Shown here one piece after another: positions 45,203-53,865 of a DNA stretch of 64,000 nt (positions are counted from its first letter, which is position 1; every line of letters starts with the position of its first letter). Location: NCBI GenBank assembly GCA_964611655.1, contig CAZTAY010000001.1, forward strand, positions 3,847-67,846. The letters run 5' to 3'. The translations under genes and the position numbers were made by a program. Under the pieces are notes generated by a model. The model searched no databases, was not told where the DNA came from, and saw nothing but the letters and a program-made list of their open reading frames with translations. This DNA is from an uncultured Eubacteriales bacterium (lineage in GTDB: Bacteria; Bacillota; Clostridia; Lachnospirales; CAZTAY01).

Positions 45203-46189
45203 TTAGTTTCTTCGCTTGCTTCGTCTTTTTTCATGTTGTTCGTATGCTAGCACGATTTTTTGTACCAGGGGATGTCTTACAACATCTTTGTTAGTAAGAT
45301 AAGAAATACCAATTTTGTCGATTCCGTCTAAGATTTTTGTGGCTTCAACAAGGCCTGATTTAGTTTTGTCAGGTAAGTCCACTTGTGTACTGTCTCCTGT
45401 TATAACCGCTTTTGAGCCAAAACCTATCCTTGTTAGAAACATTTTCATCTGCGGCGGTGTAGTGTTTTGTGCTTCGTCAAGGACTATAAAACAATTATCA
45501 AGAGTCCTTCCTCTCATGTACGCCAAAGGCGCAACCTCTATAGCGCCCTTTTCCATGTTCTTTACAAAAGCATCAGTACCCATAATTTCATGAAGTGCAT
45601 CATAAAGAGGTCTTAGATAGGGATCTACCTTCTGCTGTAAATCACCAGGCAAAAAACCAAGCTTTTCACCTGCTTCTATTGCAGGTCTGGTTAATATAAT
45701 GCGTTGAACTTCGTTATTTTTAAAGGCCTTTACAGCCATTGCCATTGCTAAATAAGTCTTTCCTGTTCCAGCAGGACCAACACAGAAAATCACTGTGTCA
45801 TTTTTTATCATGTCAACATACTTTTTTTGTCCAAGGGTTCTTGGGGCAATTTTTTTGCCGTTAAAAGCAGTGCATACATGATCATCATAAATATCACTTA
45901 TATTATTAAATTCTTTATCCTCATCAACCGCACTTTGAATAACGTAATTAACCTTTTGTTCAGTGATCTCTTCTTTTTTCAAGGACAATTCAATAAGAGA
46001 TGATATAACTTTTCCGGCTTTTTCCGCATCCCTTTTTGTTCCCATGATTTTTACGTTGTTATCCCTATTTACGATGGTTACGTTAAAGGCTTTTTCTATT
46101 AATTTAATATTAAAGTCATAGTGACCAAATACATTTATAATATGTCCATTGTCTGTATCTATAACGGATTCAAAACGTTGTGTCAACAA
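45203..46189 (-). CDS. phoH: PhoH-family ATPase
   Basis: 328 aa with a TTG start after GGGAGG. The Walker A motif is GPAGTGKTYLAMA. Confidence 0.9.
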   Translation of the reverse strand: MLTQRFESVIDTDNGHIINVFGHYDFNIKLIEKAFNVTIVNRDNNVKIMGTKRDAEKAGKVISSLIELSLKKEEITEQKVNYVIQSAVDEDKEFNNISDIYDDHVCTAFNGKKIAPRTLGQKKYVDMIKNDTVIFCVGPAGTGKTYLAMAMAVKAFKNNEVQRIILTRPAIEAGEKLGFLPGDLQQKVDPYLRPLYDALHEIMGTDAFVKNMEKGAIEVAPLAYMRGRTLDNCFIVLDEAQNTTPPQMKMFLTRIGFGSKAVITGDSTQVDLPDKTKSGLVEATKILDGIDKIGISYLTNKDVVRHPLVQKIVLAYEQHEKRRSKRRN

Positions 46190-46351
46190 TATACCTCCCG
46201 AACTGACATTATTTGTTGCTGTGTTTCTTTATAGCTGTTTCGACTAGAATCGAACAGAAACTCGCGCTCTGTCCATTCGCTACGCTCGTGTTGCAGGAAG
46301 CTTAATTCCATTGATAATCATTTTACACAAACAAGTTTCCTACAACCGATT

Positions 46352-47638
46352 TTAAATTGAATTAGCTGTATTAACATTATCCTCATTATTTTTAGGTGCA
46401 AATTCAGGCATTTGTATTATTTCTGATTCCGAAACTGCTTTTTCAACATCTATTCTTTCAACAGACGCTACAATTGCCTTAACTTCAACCTTATCCTTTG
46501 ACATTTCCTGGGAAGAAAATAAAACATTCTTATCCATAATTATAACTTCTTCGCCGGGAACTTCAAGTTTTTTATTAATTATGTCATCAATTTTTCTGTT
46601 TAATATGTCAACTGCTTCGCTATACGTACGTTTTTTCTTTTCTTTTACATATTCCCTAAATTCATAGGTTGTAAACACAATGGGCAGAGCAATATCATCT
46701 CCAAACTCAAGTCTATTGCTAAGGGTTATTTTATCAAACTCTTTATAGGGTTTATTATCTAAAAAGAAATTGATCTCATTGCCAAAAAATTCAACAGCAT
46801 ACTTCTTTTTTTTCTGTCCTGTATAAATTTTTTCAATATATTCAAGAGGCTCCGAAAGCTTAATCTCATACCAAACCTTTCCATATACCTCTGCTTTTGC
46901 ATGAATATATCTATATCCCAAAACCTGTTGGTCATCTTTAATTTCAAGTTTTCCGCTTACAAGCAAATCTCCTTTTCTTACAACATTCTTAGGTTTAATA
47001 ACAGGTGTACCATTGATAACAACCACATCCGTTATCAGTGCATCTGTTTTAGCAACAATATCACAAGGACTTGCTTTATCAATTAGTTCGGGTTTTTTAA
47101 TCGTCTCCACCAGGTCTATTTTAACTTTAGTACCATTTATATTTATGGCAATCCACGACAAGTCTGCAAACTGTTCAATAAATTTATCAGCGCATTTCTT
47201 TGTGTCGATAGTAAATTTAAAGACACCCGGTTTTATTCCCAGCTCCTCGCAAAAAATCATCAATGATTCTTTTGGAATTCTTGCATTACCTTCTATTTCC
47301 ACCAGCCACACAAAAGTTGACATAAAATAAAGAGACAGTACAAAAATAGCTCCGCCTAATAAGAGAACTTTTCTTTTTCTGTATCTATGTTTAATAAATG
47401 GTATGCCTTCTTTTTTTACAATCTTTATTTTACAGCCGGTTTTCTTTGCACAATCTTTTAATTTCAAGATATCTTTTGCTTTAATTTTCATGGAGACGAT
47501 ACCACCTTCATGAATAACGTCCCACATATGAATTTTTCTGAAAGACGCCATGTTCATAAAGCGTTCAACAGAAAAACCACTTACATTTATCATAACATAT
47601 CCTTTGAAATAATTCCACAATTGCTCAAACATTTGCAA
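46352..47638 (-). CDS. yqfD: sporulation protein YqfD
   Basis: 428 aa with a central TM segment (LLLGGAIFVLSLYFMSTFVW). Its position after yqfC and before phoH is conserved. Confidence 0.8.
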   Translation of the reverse strand: MQMFEQLWNYFKGYVMINVSGFSVERFMNMASFRKIHMWDVIHEGGIVSMKIKAKDILKLKDCAKKTGCKIKIVKKEGIPFIKHRYRKRKVLLLGGAIFVLSLYFMSTFVWLVEIEGNARIPKESLMIFCEELGIKPGVFKFTIDTKKCADKFIEQFADLSWIAININGTKVKIDLVETIKKPELIDKASPCDIVAKTDALITDVVVINGTPVIKPKNVVRKGDLLVSGKLEIKDDQQVLGYRYIHAKAEVYGKVWYEIKLSEPLEYIEKIYTGQKKKKYAVEFFGNEINFFLDNKPYKEFDKITLSNRLEFGDDIALPIVFTTYEFREYVKEKKKRTYSEAVDILNRKIDDIINKKLEVPGEEVIIMDKNVLFSSQEMSKDKVEVKAIVASVERIDVEKAVSESEIIQMPEFAPKNNEDNVNTANSI

Positions 47639-47716
47639 TACCTCATTATGTATACTGATTCGCGTTTAATGAAATCCGTGAATCAGCGTAAATTTTCCGG
47701 CAATCTGCCATATGTT

Positions 47717-47986
47717 TTACCTAGGAAATTCCACTGAAAGAATGAATCCTGTTATTTGAATTGCCTCGGTGTTTATTTCGTTTAGGATCAGCTTTCTTCC
47801 CGTCACTTTTATTATTCCGCTTGCCGTGCTAATTCTGATGGCTTCCTCGTCATATTCAAGTATTCCCTTATAGTTTTCTATAGTTAGGCTTTTGTTGCCT
47901 GTGATCGCAATAAGAGGAAGGTTTAAAATGACTTCTTTGGGAAGCTCGGTCAGTTTGGCTATTTGACCTCTTATTTTCTTTAACAT
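47717..47986 (-). CDS. yqfC: sporulation protein YqfC
   Basis: 89 aa containing LTELPKEVILNLPLIAITGNKSLTIENYKGILEYDEE, typical of YqfC. Confidence 0.82.
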   Translation of the reverse strand: MLKKIRGQIAKLTELPKEVILNLPLIAITGNKSLTIENYKGILEYDEEAIRISTASGIIKVTGRKLILNEINTEAIQITGFILSVEFPR

Positions 47987-48219
47987 CTATATATCCCCCA
48001 ATAAATTTTATGCAAGAGTTAGCAATATTAGAATTATAGCGTGTTCCAGTATAGCGGGTTGCTTTGATAGAGAACCAAAAGAAGAAGCGACCCATAGGCA
48101 ATTCAGCTTTAATTAAATGAAAAAGTGCTTGTAAGTACTTGTATAAAGTTGAATAACTGTAATGCGATGACAAGATCTTAATAAACTTAACAGGAACACT
48201 CCCTTGATTAGAAAAGCAC

Positions 48220-48257
48220 AAAAAAACCTACTCAAAGTATTTTATACCCTAAGTAGG
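48220..48257 (-). terminator. intrinsic terminator downstream of purE
   Basis: The stem cctact/agtagg has an inner gtat/atac helix. It is followed by T7 on the minus strand (48226-48220). Confidence 0.5.
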
Positions 48258-48378
48258 CTTTTAGAGCCTGTCATTTATAGAGTTGTTTAACTTAATAGTT
48301 ATCAAGAAAACTTCTCTTTGGTAAATTTAAATTTGGTTCACATAGTTTGACATTTTAACAAAAACCTGATTTTTAACC

Positions 48379-48894
48379 CTACATACCCGAAAGATATTCA
48401 TATGCTCCAAGCTCTTCAAGCTTTTCGGCTTTTGCAAGTACTAAATCTTTAAGGTTTTCAGAATATTCTATGACCTTTTTTCCGATATCCGAATCAAAAG
48501 CACCCAATATACGTGCAGCTAATATTCCTGCGTTTTCTCCTGCATTTATAGCAACGGTTGCAACTGGTATTCCTGCAGGCATTTGTACTATGGAATACAA
48601 AGAATCTACACCGCTAAGTGTTGATGTTTTAATTGGAACACCTATAACAGGCAATGAAGTCAGGGATGCAACCATTCCAGGAAGGTGCGCTGCTCCCCCT
48701 GCACCAGCTATAATCACTTTAATACCTCTATCTCTTGCTGTTTTTGCATATTCAAACATTCGTTCCGGCGTTCTATGCGCTGAAACAATGGTTATTTCAT
48801 AAGGGATTCCCAATTTGTCTAAAAAATCTGCTCCTTTAGTCATAACAGGCAAATCCGAGTCGCTTCCCATAATAATGCCCACAAGTTTTTCCAA
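48379..48894 (-). CDS. purE: N5-carboxyaminoimidazole ribonucleotide mutase (class I PurE)
   Basis: 171 aa. Motifs include [13 protein letters not shown], the class I signature SAHR, and AGGAAHLPG. Confidence 0.93.
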   Translation of the reverse strand: MEKLVGIIMGSDSDLPVMTKGADFLDKLGIPYEITIVSAHRTPERMFEYAKTARDRGIKVIIAGAGGAAHLPGMVASLTSLPVIGVPIKTSTLSGVDSLYSIVQMPAGIPVATVAINAGENAGILAARILGAFDSDIGKKVIEYSENLKDLVLAKAEKLEELGAYEYLSGM

Positions 48895-48933
48895 TTTATA
48901 AACTCCTTTCGTACTTTCTAAATTGCCTGGTTT

Positions 48934-49560
48934 TTATTGTACAGGATACAGCACCCTATATGCAAACACTTTTCCATGGGTTGATAAAGGTATTGGCATT
49001 TTGTTTTTATTAGCTGGATCATAGATCAAAAATTCACCGTCTTTTGCTCCAACAACAATAACCCAATGGGTAACACCGTTGCCGTTAAACCTAACATTAA
49101 CAATGGGAAGTCTGTTGTTTTTCAAATCATTTTCAATTGTGCTCCCCGAAAAAATTCTGTTATATTGGTACTCTACTTCCGGAATGATTTCATTAATTTT
49201 GTACCAAATAAGATCTGCACCCTCAAAACCATTTACTGATGATAAACTCTTATTAAGCTCCTTTGGTGTTATTGTTTGTCCAAGGTCTTTAAGTGCGCTT
49301 GCCACACAAGTAATCAGGCAACCTGTACTGCCCATTACATAACTGCTGTTTCCTATTTTGTCTTTGGACCAGTCATCGTCATTTTGTAAGAAGTATGTAA
49401 CTTTATGCACGGGAAAATCCTGAGAAGGTGTTATCGCAATTCCGTTATTTTTTATGTATCGTGCTCTTAAATAATAAACTAGAATTCCGGTTAGTAAGAC
49501 AATTATAATTGATAAAATTAATATTACCGCAAATAGTTTCTTATTACGTAACAAAAACAT
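48934..49560 (-). CDS. membrane-anchored papain-like (C39-like) cysteine peptidase domain protein
   Basis: 208 aa with an N-terminal TM helix. Candidate catalytic residues are Cys in GSTGCLITCVASAL, His in GVTHWVIVVG and Asp in IYDP. Confidence 0.5.
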   Translation of the reverse strand: MFLLRNKKLFAVILILSIIIVLLTGILVYYLRARYIKNNGIAITPSQDFPVHKVTYFLQNDDDWSKDKIGNSSYVMGSTGCLITCVASALKDLGQTITPKELNKSLSSVNGFEGADLIWYKINEIIPEVEYQYNRIFSGSTIENDLKNNRLPIVNVRFNGNGVTHWVIVVGAKDGEFLIYDPANKNKMPIPLSTHGKVFAYRVLYPVQ

Positions 49561-49726
49561 TTTCTTTTCTCACTCCCTAAATCAGGATTCTATTAAAAGC
49601 ATTAACAATTAGCTTTACCTAAAACTAGGAATAAATAGATGGTTTTTTAACCTTTAAATACATATTAACATAAATTATAAAAAACTGATAGAATAAATAA
49701 GCAATTATTTTTGGAAGGAGACTCAA

Positions 49727-50653
49727 ATGTATTCTTTTTTTGACGGACATTGCGATACTATAACAACCATGTTTGAAAATGGTTCATCTTTATACAGGAA
49801 CAATCTTCACATTGATATAGAAAGACTACTTGCATATAAAAATCCTACACAGGTTTTCGCTGTTTGGCTAAAACCCGAATACTATAAAACTGCTTATTCT
49901 AAAACCTTACAGATTCTTTCATTCTATTATAAAGAGCTTGAAAATAATAAAAGTTTTATAATGCCTGTGTTTCGTTATGAGGATATAGGGAATAATAAAG
50001 AAAATAACAAGATTTCTGCAATACTTTCACTAGAAGGCGCTGAAAGTGTTCTTGCGGATTTAAACCGTATACCCATTCTTTATCATAAAGGCGTAAGAAT
50101 GATGAGCCTTACTTGGAATCACAGGAATATTCTAGCTTCCGGAGTCTTAAATGAATATGGCAGCCTTACTGACATGGGTGCGAACGCCCTTTCCATGATG
50201 GAGGATATGGGAATTATTGTGGACGTGTCACATCTTAACCAAAATAGCTTTTGGGAAGTTGCCCGTTTGTGTAAAAATCCAATTGTTGCAAGCCATTCAA
50301 ACCCTAAACAAGTTTGCAATGTAAAGAGGAATTTAACAGATGGTCAGATACGGGCAATTGCTTCTAAGGGAGGCGTTATTGGAATTAACTTAAACCCTCC
50401 ATTTTTAGGAAAAGATAGCATAAATATTGAATTGATTCTTGAACACATTGAACATCTTGCTAAGGTAGGCGGATATGATTGCCCTGGACTTGGTTGTGAT
50501 TTTGATGGAATAGTAAATACTCCTCCCCACATAAAAGGATGCCAGGATATCAAAATCTTATTAAACTCAATAGAGAAAAAATTTGGTGTTGACTTTCTGG
50601 ATAAGATTGCGGAAAAGAATTTTCTAAGGGTTGCAAAAGAAGTTTGGAAGTGA
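49727..50653 (+). CDS. membrane dipeptidase (peptidase M19 family)
   Basis: 308 aa. The sequence contains FDGHCDT, LEGAE, VDVSHL, ASHSN and GLGCDFDG metal-ligand motifs. Confidence 0.88.
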   Translation: MYSFFDGHCDTITTMFENGSSLYRNNLHIDIERLLAYKNPTQVFAVWLKPEYYKTAYSKTLQILSFYYKELENNKSFIMPVFRYEDIGNNKENNKISAILSLEGAESVLADLNRIPILYHKGVRMMSLTWNHRNILASGVLNEYGSLTDMGANALSMMEDMGIIVDVSHLNQNSFWEVARLCKNPIVASHSNPKQVCNVKRNLTDGQIRAIASKGGVIGINLNPPFLGKDSINIELILEHIEHLAKVGGYDCPGLGCDFDGIVNTPPHIKGCQDIKILLNSIEKKFGVDFLDKIAEKNFLRVAKEVWK

Positions 50654-50863
50654 GCAATACGTACGCACAATCAATAGCTATCTTAATGATTTACGTGAAT
50701 TCTTCAAAATCGAACAAGCCACAGAGAGGCTAAAATTCAATACATTCTTCACACAATGAGTTAGAATCATGAGTTTTTATGCAAATCGTGTGAATATGGC
50801 TAAAGTTTTATGTATGTAACAAAATGTTTTGTAAAGATAGAATTCCATTAATTTATGTATATC

Positions 50864-50892
50864 TTGTCATTTGTTGTTAACTGTGCTAATAT
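50864..50892 (+). promoter_or_regulatory. sigma-A promoter candidate for tyrS
   Basis: TTGTCA (50864-50869), a 17-nt spacer ending in TGC, then TAATAT (50887-50892). It lies about 75 nt before the tyrS ATG. Confidence 0.5.
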
Positions 50893-50965
50893 AGCGTTGT
50901 GACTTTTCATGTTAATACTATAAATTCTTGCTAATTTACAATAGATTTACAAAGGGGTAATTTCA

Positions 50966-52195
50966 ATGTCAGATAATATATACGATATACTGCTTGAAAG
51001 AGGATTTATTGAGCAAATAACCCATGAAGATGAAGTTAAAGAACTTCTCTCTAAGGAAAAAGTAACTTTTTATATTGGTTATGATCCCACAGCCGACAGC
51101 CTTACTGTTGGTCATTTCCTGACTGTTATGGCAATGATGCATATGCAAAAAGCAGGTCACAGACCAATTGTGCTTGTTGGCGGCGGAACAGGCATGGTAG
51201 GGGATCCTACTTTTAAAAATGATATGCGTAGGATTATGACAGTGGAGGAAATTGATCATAATTGTGAGCAATTTAAAGGTCAGCTTTCTCGTTATATTGA
51301 TTTCAGTGATGATAAAGCTATACTTGTAAATAATGCACATTGGTTAAGGGATATAAAATATGTTGATTTCTTGCGTGAAATTGGTATTCATTTTTCAGTT
51401 AACCGTATGCTTACTGCTGAAGCATTTAAAACAAGAATGGAAAGAGGCCTTTCTTTCTTAGAGTTTAACTATATGCTTATGCAGTCCTATGATTTCCTTG
51501 AACTCCATAGACGTTATGGCTGCAAGCTCCAGCTTGGTGGTAATGACCAATGGTCTAATATAATAAGCGGTGTTGATTTAATCAGAAGAGTTGAAGGAGA
51601 AAGTGCATATGGCATGACTTTTACCTTGCTTACTACAAGCGAAGGCATCAAAATGGGTAAGACAGAAAAAGGGGCATTATGGCTTGATGAAGCCAAGACC
51701 TCTCCTTACGAGTTCTTCCAATACTGGCGTAACGTTGCTGATGCGGATGTGTTAAAATGTTTATCCCTTCTGACTTTCTTGCCTATGGAAGAAGTTAGAG
51801 CACTTGCAAGCCTTAAAGATAATAAGATTAACGAGGCAAAAGAAGTTCTTGCATATGAAATAACAAAGATTGTACATGGGGAAGAGAAGGCAAGTGACGC
51901 TAGGGCTGCTGCAAGAGCATTGTTCTCCGGAGCAGCAATGGAAGGCTCTATACCTACTACAGAAATCGCATCCGCACTCATTAATGACGGAATTGACGTT
52001 ATAAGTATACTTGAAAAAGCCGGATTAATACCTTCAAGAGGAGAAGGCAGGCGACTAATACAACAAGGCGGTCTTAAAATTAACGGTGAAAAAGTAACTG
52101 AGTTTGACCGTATTTATACTACAAGCGACCTTGATAACGGCAGCTTAATGATACAAAAAGGAAAGAAAATTTATCATAAGATAGAATCCAAGTAA
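50966..52195 (+). CDS. tyrS: tyrosyl-tRNA synthetase
   Basis: 409 aa. It has a HIGH-type motif (TVGHFL), the KMGKT (KMSKS) motif and a C-terminal S4 domain. Confidence 0.95.
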   Translation: MSDNIYDILLERGFIEQITHEDEVKELLSKEKVTFYIGYDPTADSLTVGHFLTVMAMMHMQKAGHRPIVLVGGGTGMVGDPTFKNDMRRIMTVEEIDHNCEQFKGQLSRYIDFSDDKAILVNNAHWLRDIKYVDFLREIGIHFSVNRMLTAEAFKTRMERGLSFLEFNYMLMQSYDFLELHRRYGCKLQLGGNDQWSNIISGVDLIRRVEGESAYGMTFTLLTTSEGIKMGKTEKGALWLDEAKTSPYEFFQYWRNVADADVLKCLSLLTFLPMEEVRALASLKDNKINEAKEVLAYEITKIVHGEEKASDARAAARALFSGAAMEGSIPTTEIASALINDGIDVISILEKAGLIPSRGEGRRLIQQGGLKINGEKVTEFDRIYTTSDLDNGSLMIQKGKKIYHKIESK

Positions 52196-52209
52196 TTAAG
52201 GGTGAAACT

Positions 52210-52749
52210 ATGAAGAAAATTTTTTTAATGCTTACAGTTATAGTTTTTACTTTCTTATTATTTGCCTGCAATCAGCCACAACAACCAACTGATGCTAAAA
52301 TTACGCAAGCATATAAAGATGCTACAGAAGCATATGGTTGGTTTGATTTATCAACACTTAGATCTGACAGCAGTGATTCAAAAGATATAAATGGTAGTCT
52401 TTATTATAGGGTTACCAATGAAAGGTTTAAAACATATGCCGATCTAAAGACTTATCTTGAGACATTGTTTGACAGTAGTATAGTTGAACAGCTCTTTAGC
52501 CGGGAAATTTATGTGGACATTGATGGTGTTTTGTATTCAATTGATGCTGCAAGGGGAGCAGATATAACAAAAGGTGAAGAAAAGATTACCATCACTAGAG
52601 AAGATGAAAACAAAATAATAGTACAAGTTGATGTGGATGTTATAGGTGATATAGAAACCGGTCAAGTAACCGGTACTGAAATGCATAAATACCCTTACGA
52701 GCTTGTAAATGGAAAATGGATATTTACAGATTTTTATTTATTTAAATAA
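52210..52749 (+). CDS. lipoprotein, possibly IseA/YoeB-like
   Basis: 179 aa with the lipobox LLFACN. The body (YYRVTNERFKTYADLKTYLETLFDSSIVEQLFS...DGVLY) resembles the IseA DL-endopeptidase-inhibitor family as I remember it. Confidence 0.4.
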   Translation: MKKIFLMLTVIVFTFLLFACNQPQQPTDAKITQAYKDATEAYGWFDLSTLRSDSSDSKDINGSLYYRVTNERFKTYADLKTYLETLFDSSIVEQLFSREIYVDIDGVLYSIDAARGADITKGEEKITITREDENKIIVQVDVDVIGDIETGQVTGTEMHKYPYELVNGKWIFTDFYLFK

Positions 52750-52752
52750 TTT

Positions 52753-52777
52753 GGATGGCTTGTGCCGTCCTTTTTTT
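52753..52777 (+). terminator. intrinsic terminator of the tyrS-lipoprotein unit
   Basis: The stem ggatggc/gccgtcc (one G-U pair) has loop ttgt and is followed by T7. Confidence 0.75.
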
Positions 52778-52789
52778 AATGCTTGAAAA

Positions 52790-52827
52790 GCTAGAGGAAC
52801 AATTATAAGCGTTCCTCTAGCTTTTTT
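52790..52827. terminator. bidirectional intrinsic terminator (second hairpin, serves asnA on the minus strand)
   Basis: A perfect 11-bp stem gctagaggaac/gttcctctagc is flanked by T6 on the plus strand and TTTT on the minus strand. Confidence 0.7.
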
Positions 52828-52829
52828 AA

Positions 52830-53843
52830 TTAAAGCAAATGTATTCCTTTTTCTCTGCAAACCCTCTCAACCTCATCAGGCCAAATAGAAACTTGAACTT
52901 CTCCTATATGTGCTTTTTTAAGTAGGAACATGCATAGTCTTGACTGACCTATACCACCGCCAATCGTAAATGGCAGTTCTTCGTTTATAAGAGATTTTTG
53001 GTATGGCATATTGATTTTATGTTCTTGATTTTTTAGCTTAAGCTGTCTCAATAATGCTTCTTTATCCACCCTTATACCCATACTGGAAATTTCAAAAACA
53101 GTGTCTAAGACAGGGTAGTACAAAAGTATGTCTCCGTTTAAAGACCAATCGTCATAATCTGCTGCACGGCCGTCATGGGGTTCTCCTGAATTTAAGTTGT
53201 CACCAACTTGCATTATAAAAACTGCGCCGTATCTCTTTGCAAATTCCATTTCTCTTTCCTTTGGTGAGAGATTTGGGAATTCATCTTCCATTTCTTGAGT
53301 TTTTATAAATGTAATTCTTTCCGGAAGAACACCTTTTCCAATCTCAGGAAACTTTCCTTCTATAAATTCTTCAGTCTTTTTAATGACACGGTAAATACTC
53401 TCAACACAAGCTCTTAAAACAGATTCCGTACGCTCTTCTCTTAAAATAACCCTTTCCCAGTCCCACTGGTCAACATATATAGAATGCAGGTTATCCGTTA
53501 TTTCATCACGTCTTATGGCGTTCATATTTGTATAGATACCCTCGCCTGGGTTAAAGTCATACTTCCACAGAGCATATCTTTTCCACTTTGCAAGTGATTG
53601 GACAATCTCGCAAATAACGTCTTCCTGTTCCAGGATATTAAATGAAACAGGTCGTTCAACTTCATTCAAGTTGTCATTTAATCCGCTTTCAGGTCTTACA
53701 AAAAGTGGCGCTGAAACCCTCATTAGGTTTAATTCTTCTGAAAGGGTTTCCTCGAAAAAAATCCTCAAGGCTTTAATTGCTTTTTCCGTTTCTTTTACGT
53801 TTAAAACGGAATCGTACCCGTCAGGTACTATTAGATTTAACAT
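52830..53843 (-). CDS. asnA: aspartate--ammonia ligase (asparagine synthetase A)
   Basis: Begins MLNLIVPDGYDSVLNVKETEKAIK and contains the GGGIGQSRLCMFLL motif. The ATG at 53843 lies 9-10 nt after GGAGGA. The track's TTG at 53861 overlaps that RBS. Confidence 0.9.
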   Translation of the reverse strand: MLNLIVPDGYDSVLNVKETEKAIKALRIFFEETLSEELNLMRVSAPLFVRPESGLNDNLNEVERPVSFNILEQEDVICEIVQSLAKWKRYALWKYDFNPGEGIYTNMNAIRRDEITDNLHSIYVDQWDWERVILREERTESVLRACVESIYRVIKKTEEFIEGKFPEIGKGVLPERITFIKTQEMEDEFPNLSPKEREMEFAKRYGAVFIMQVGDNLNSGEPHDGRAADYDDWSLNGDILLYYPVLDTVFEISSMGIRVDKEALLRQLKLKNQEHKINMPYQKSLINEELPFTIGGGIGQSRLCMFLLKKAHIGEVQVSIWPDEVERVCREKGIHLL

Positions 53844-53865
53844 ATTTCTACATTCCTCCAACCGG

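Noticed and set aside
47987-48219. Sigma-E-type promoter for yqfC
   Set aside because: The ATATT ... CATAAAAT elements are present, but the spacing (11 nt) does not fit the consensus I remember. The evidence is insufficient.
47868-48221. 117-aa minus-strand ORF upstream of and overlapping yqfC
   Set aside because: It overlaps the yqfC coding start in another frame. It has no RBS, its sequence is odd, and it runs through the purE terminator. It is treated as noncoding yqfC upstream region.
48895-49726. Purine riboswitch upstream of purE
   Set aside because: Only 39 nt separate purE from the upstream gene. The 166-nt region before that gene lacks the conserved purine-riboswitch loop and junction sequences.
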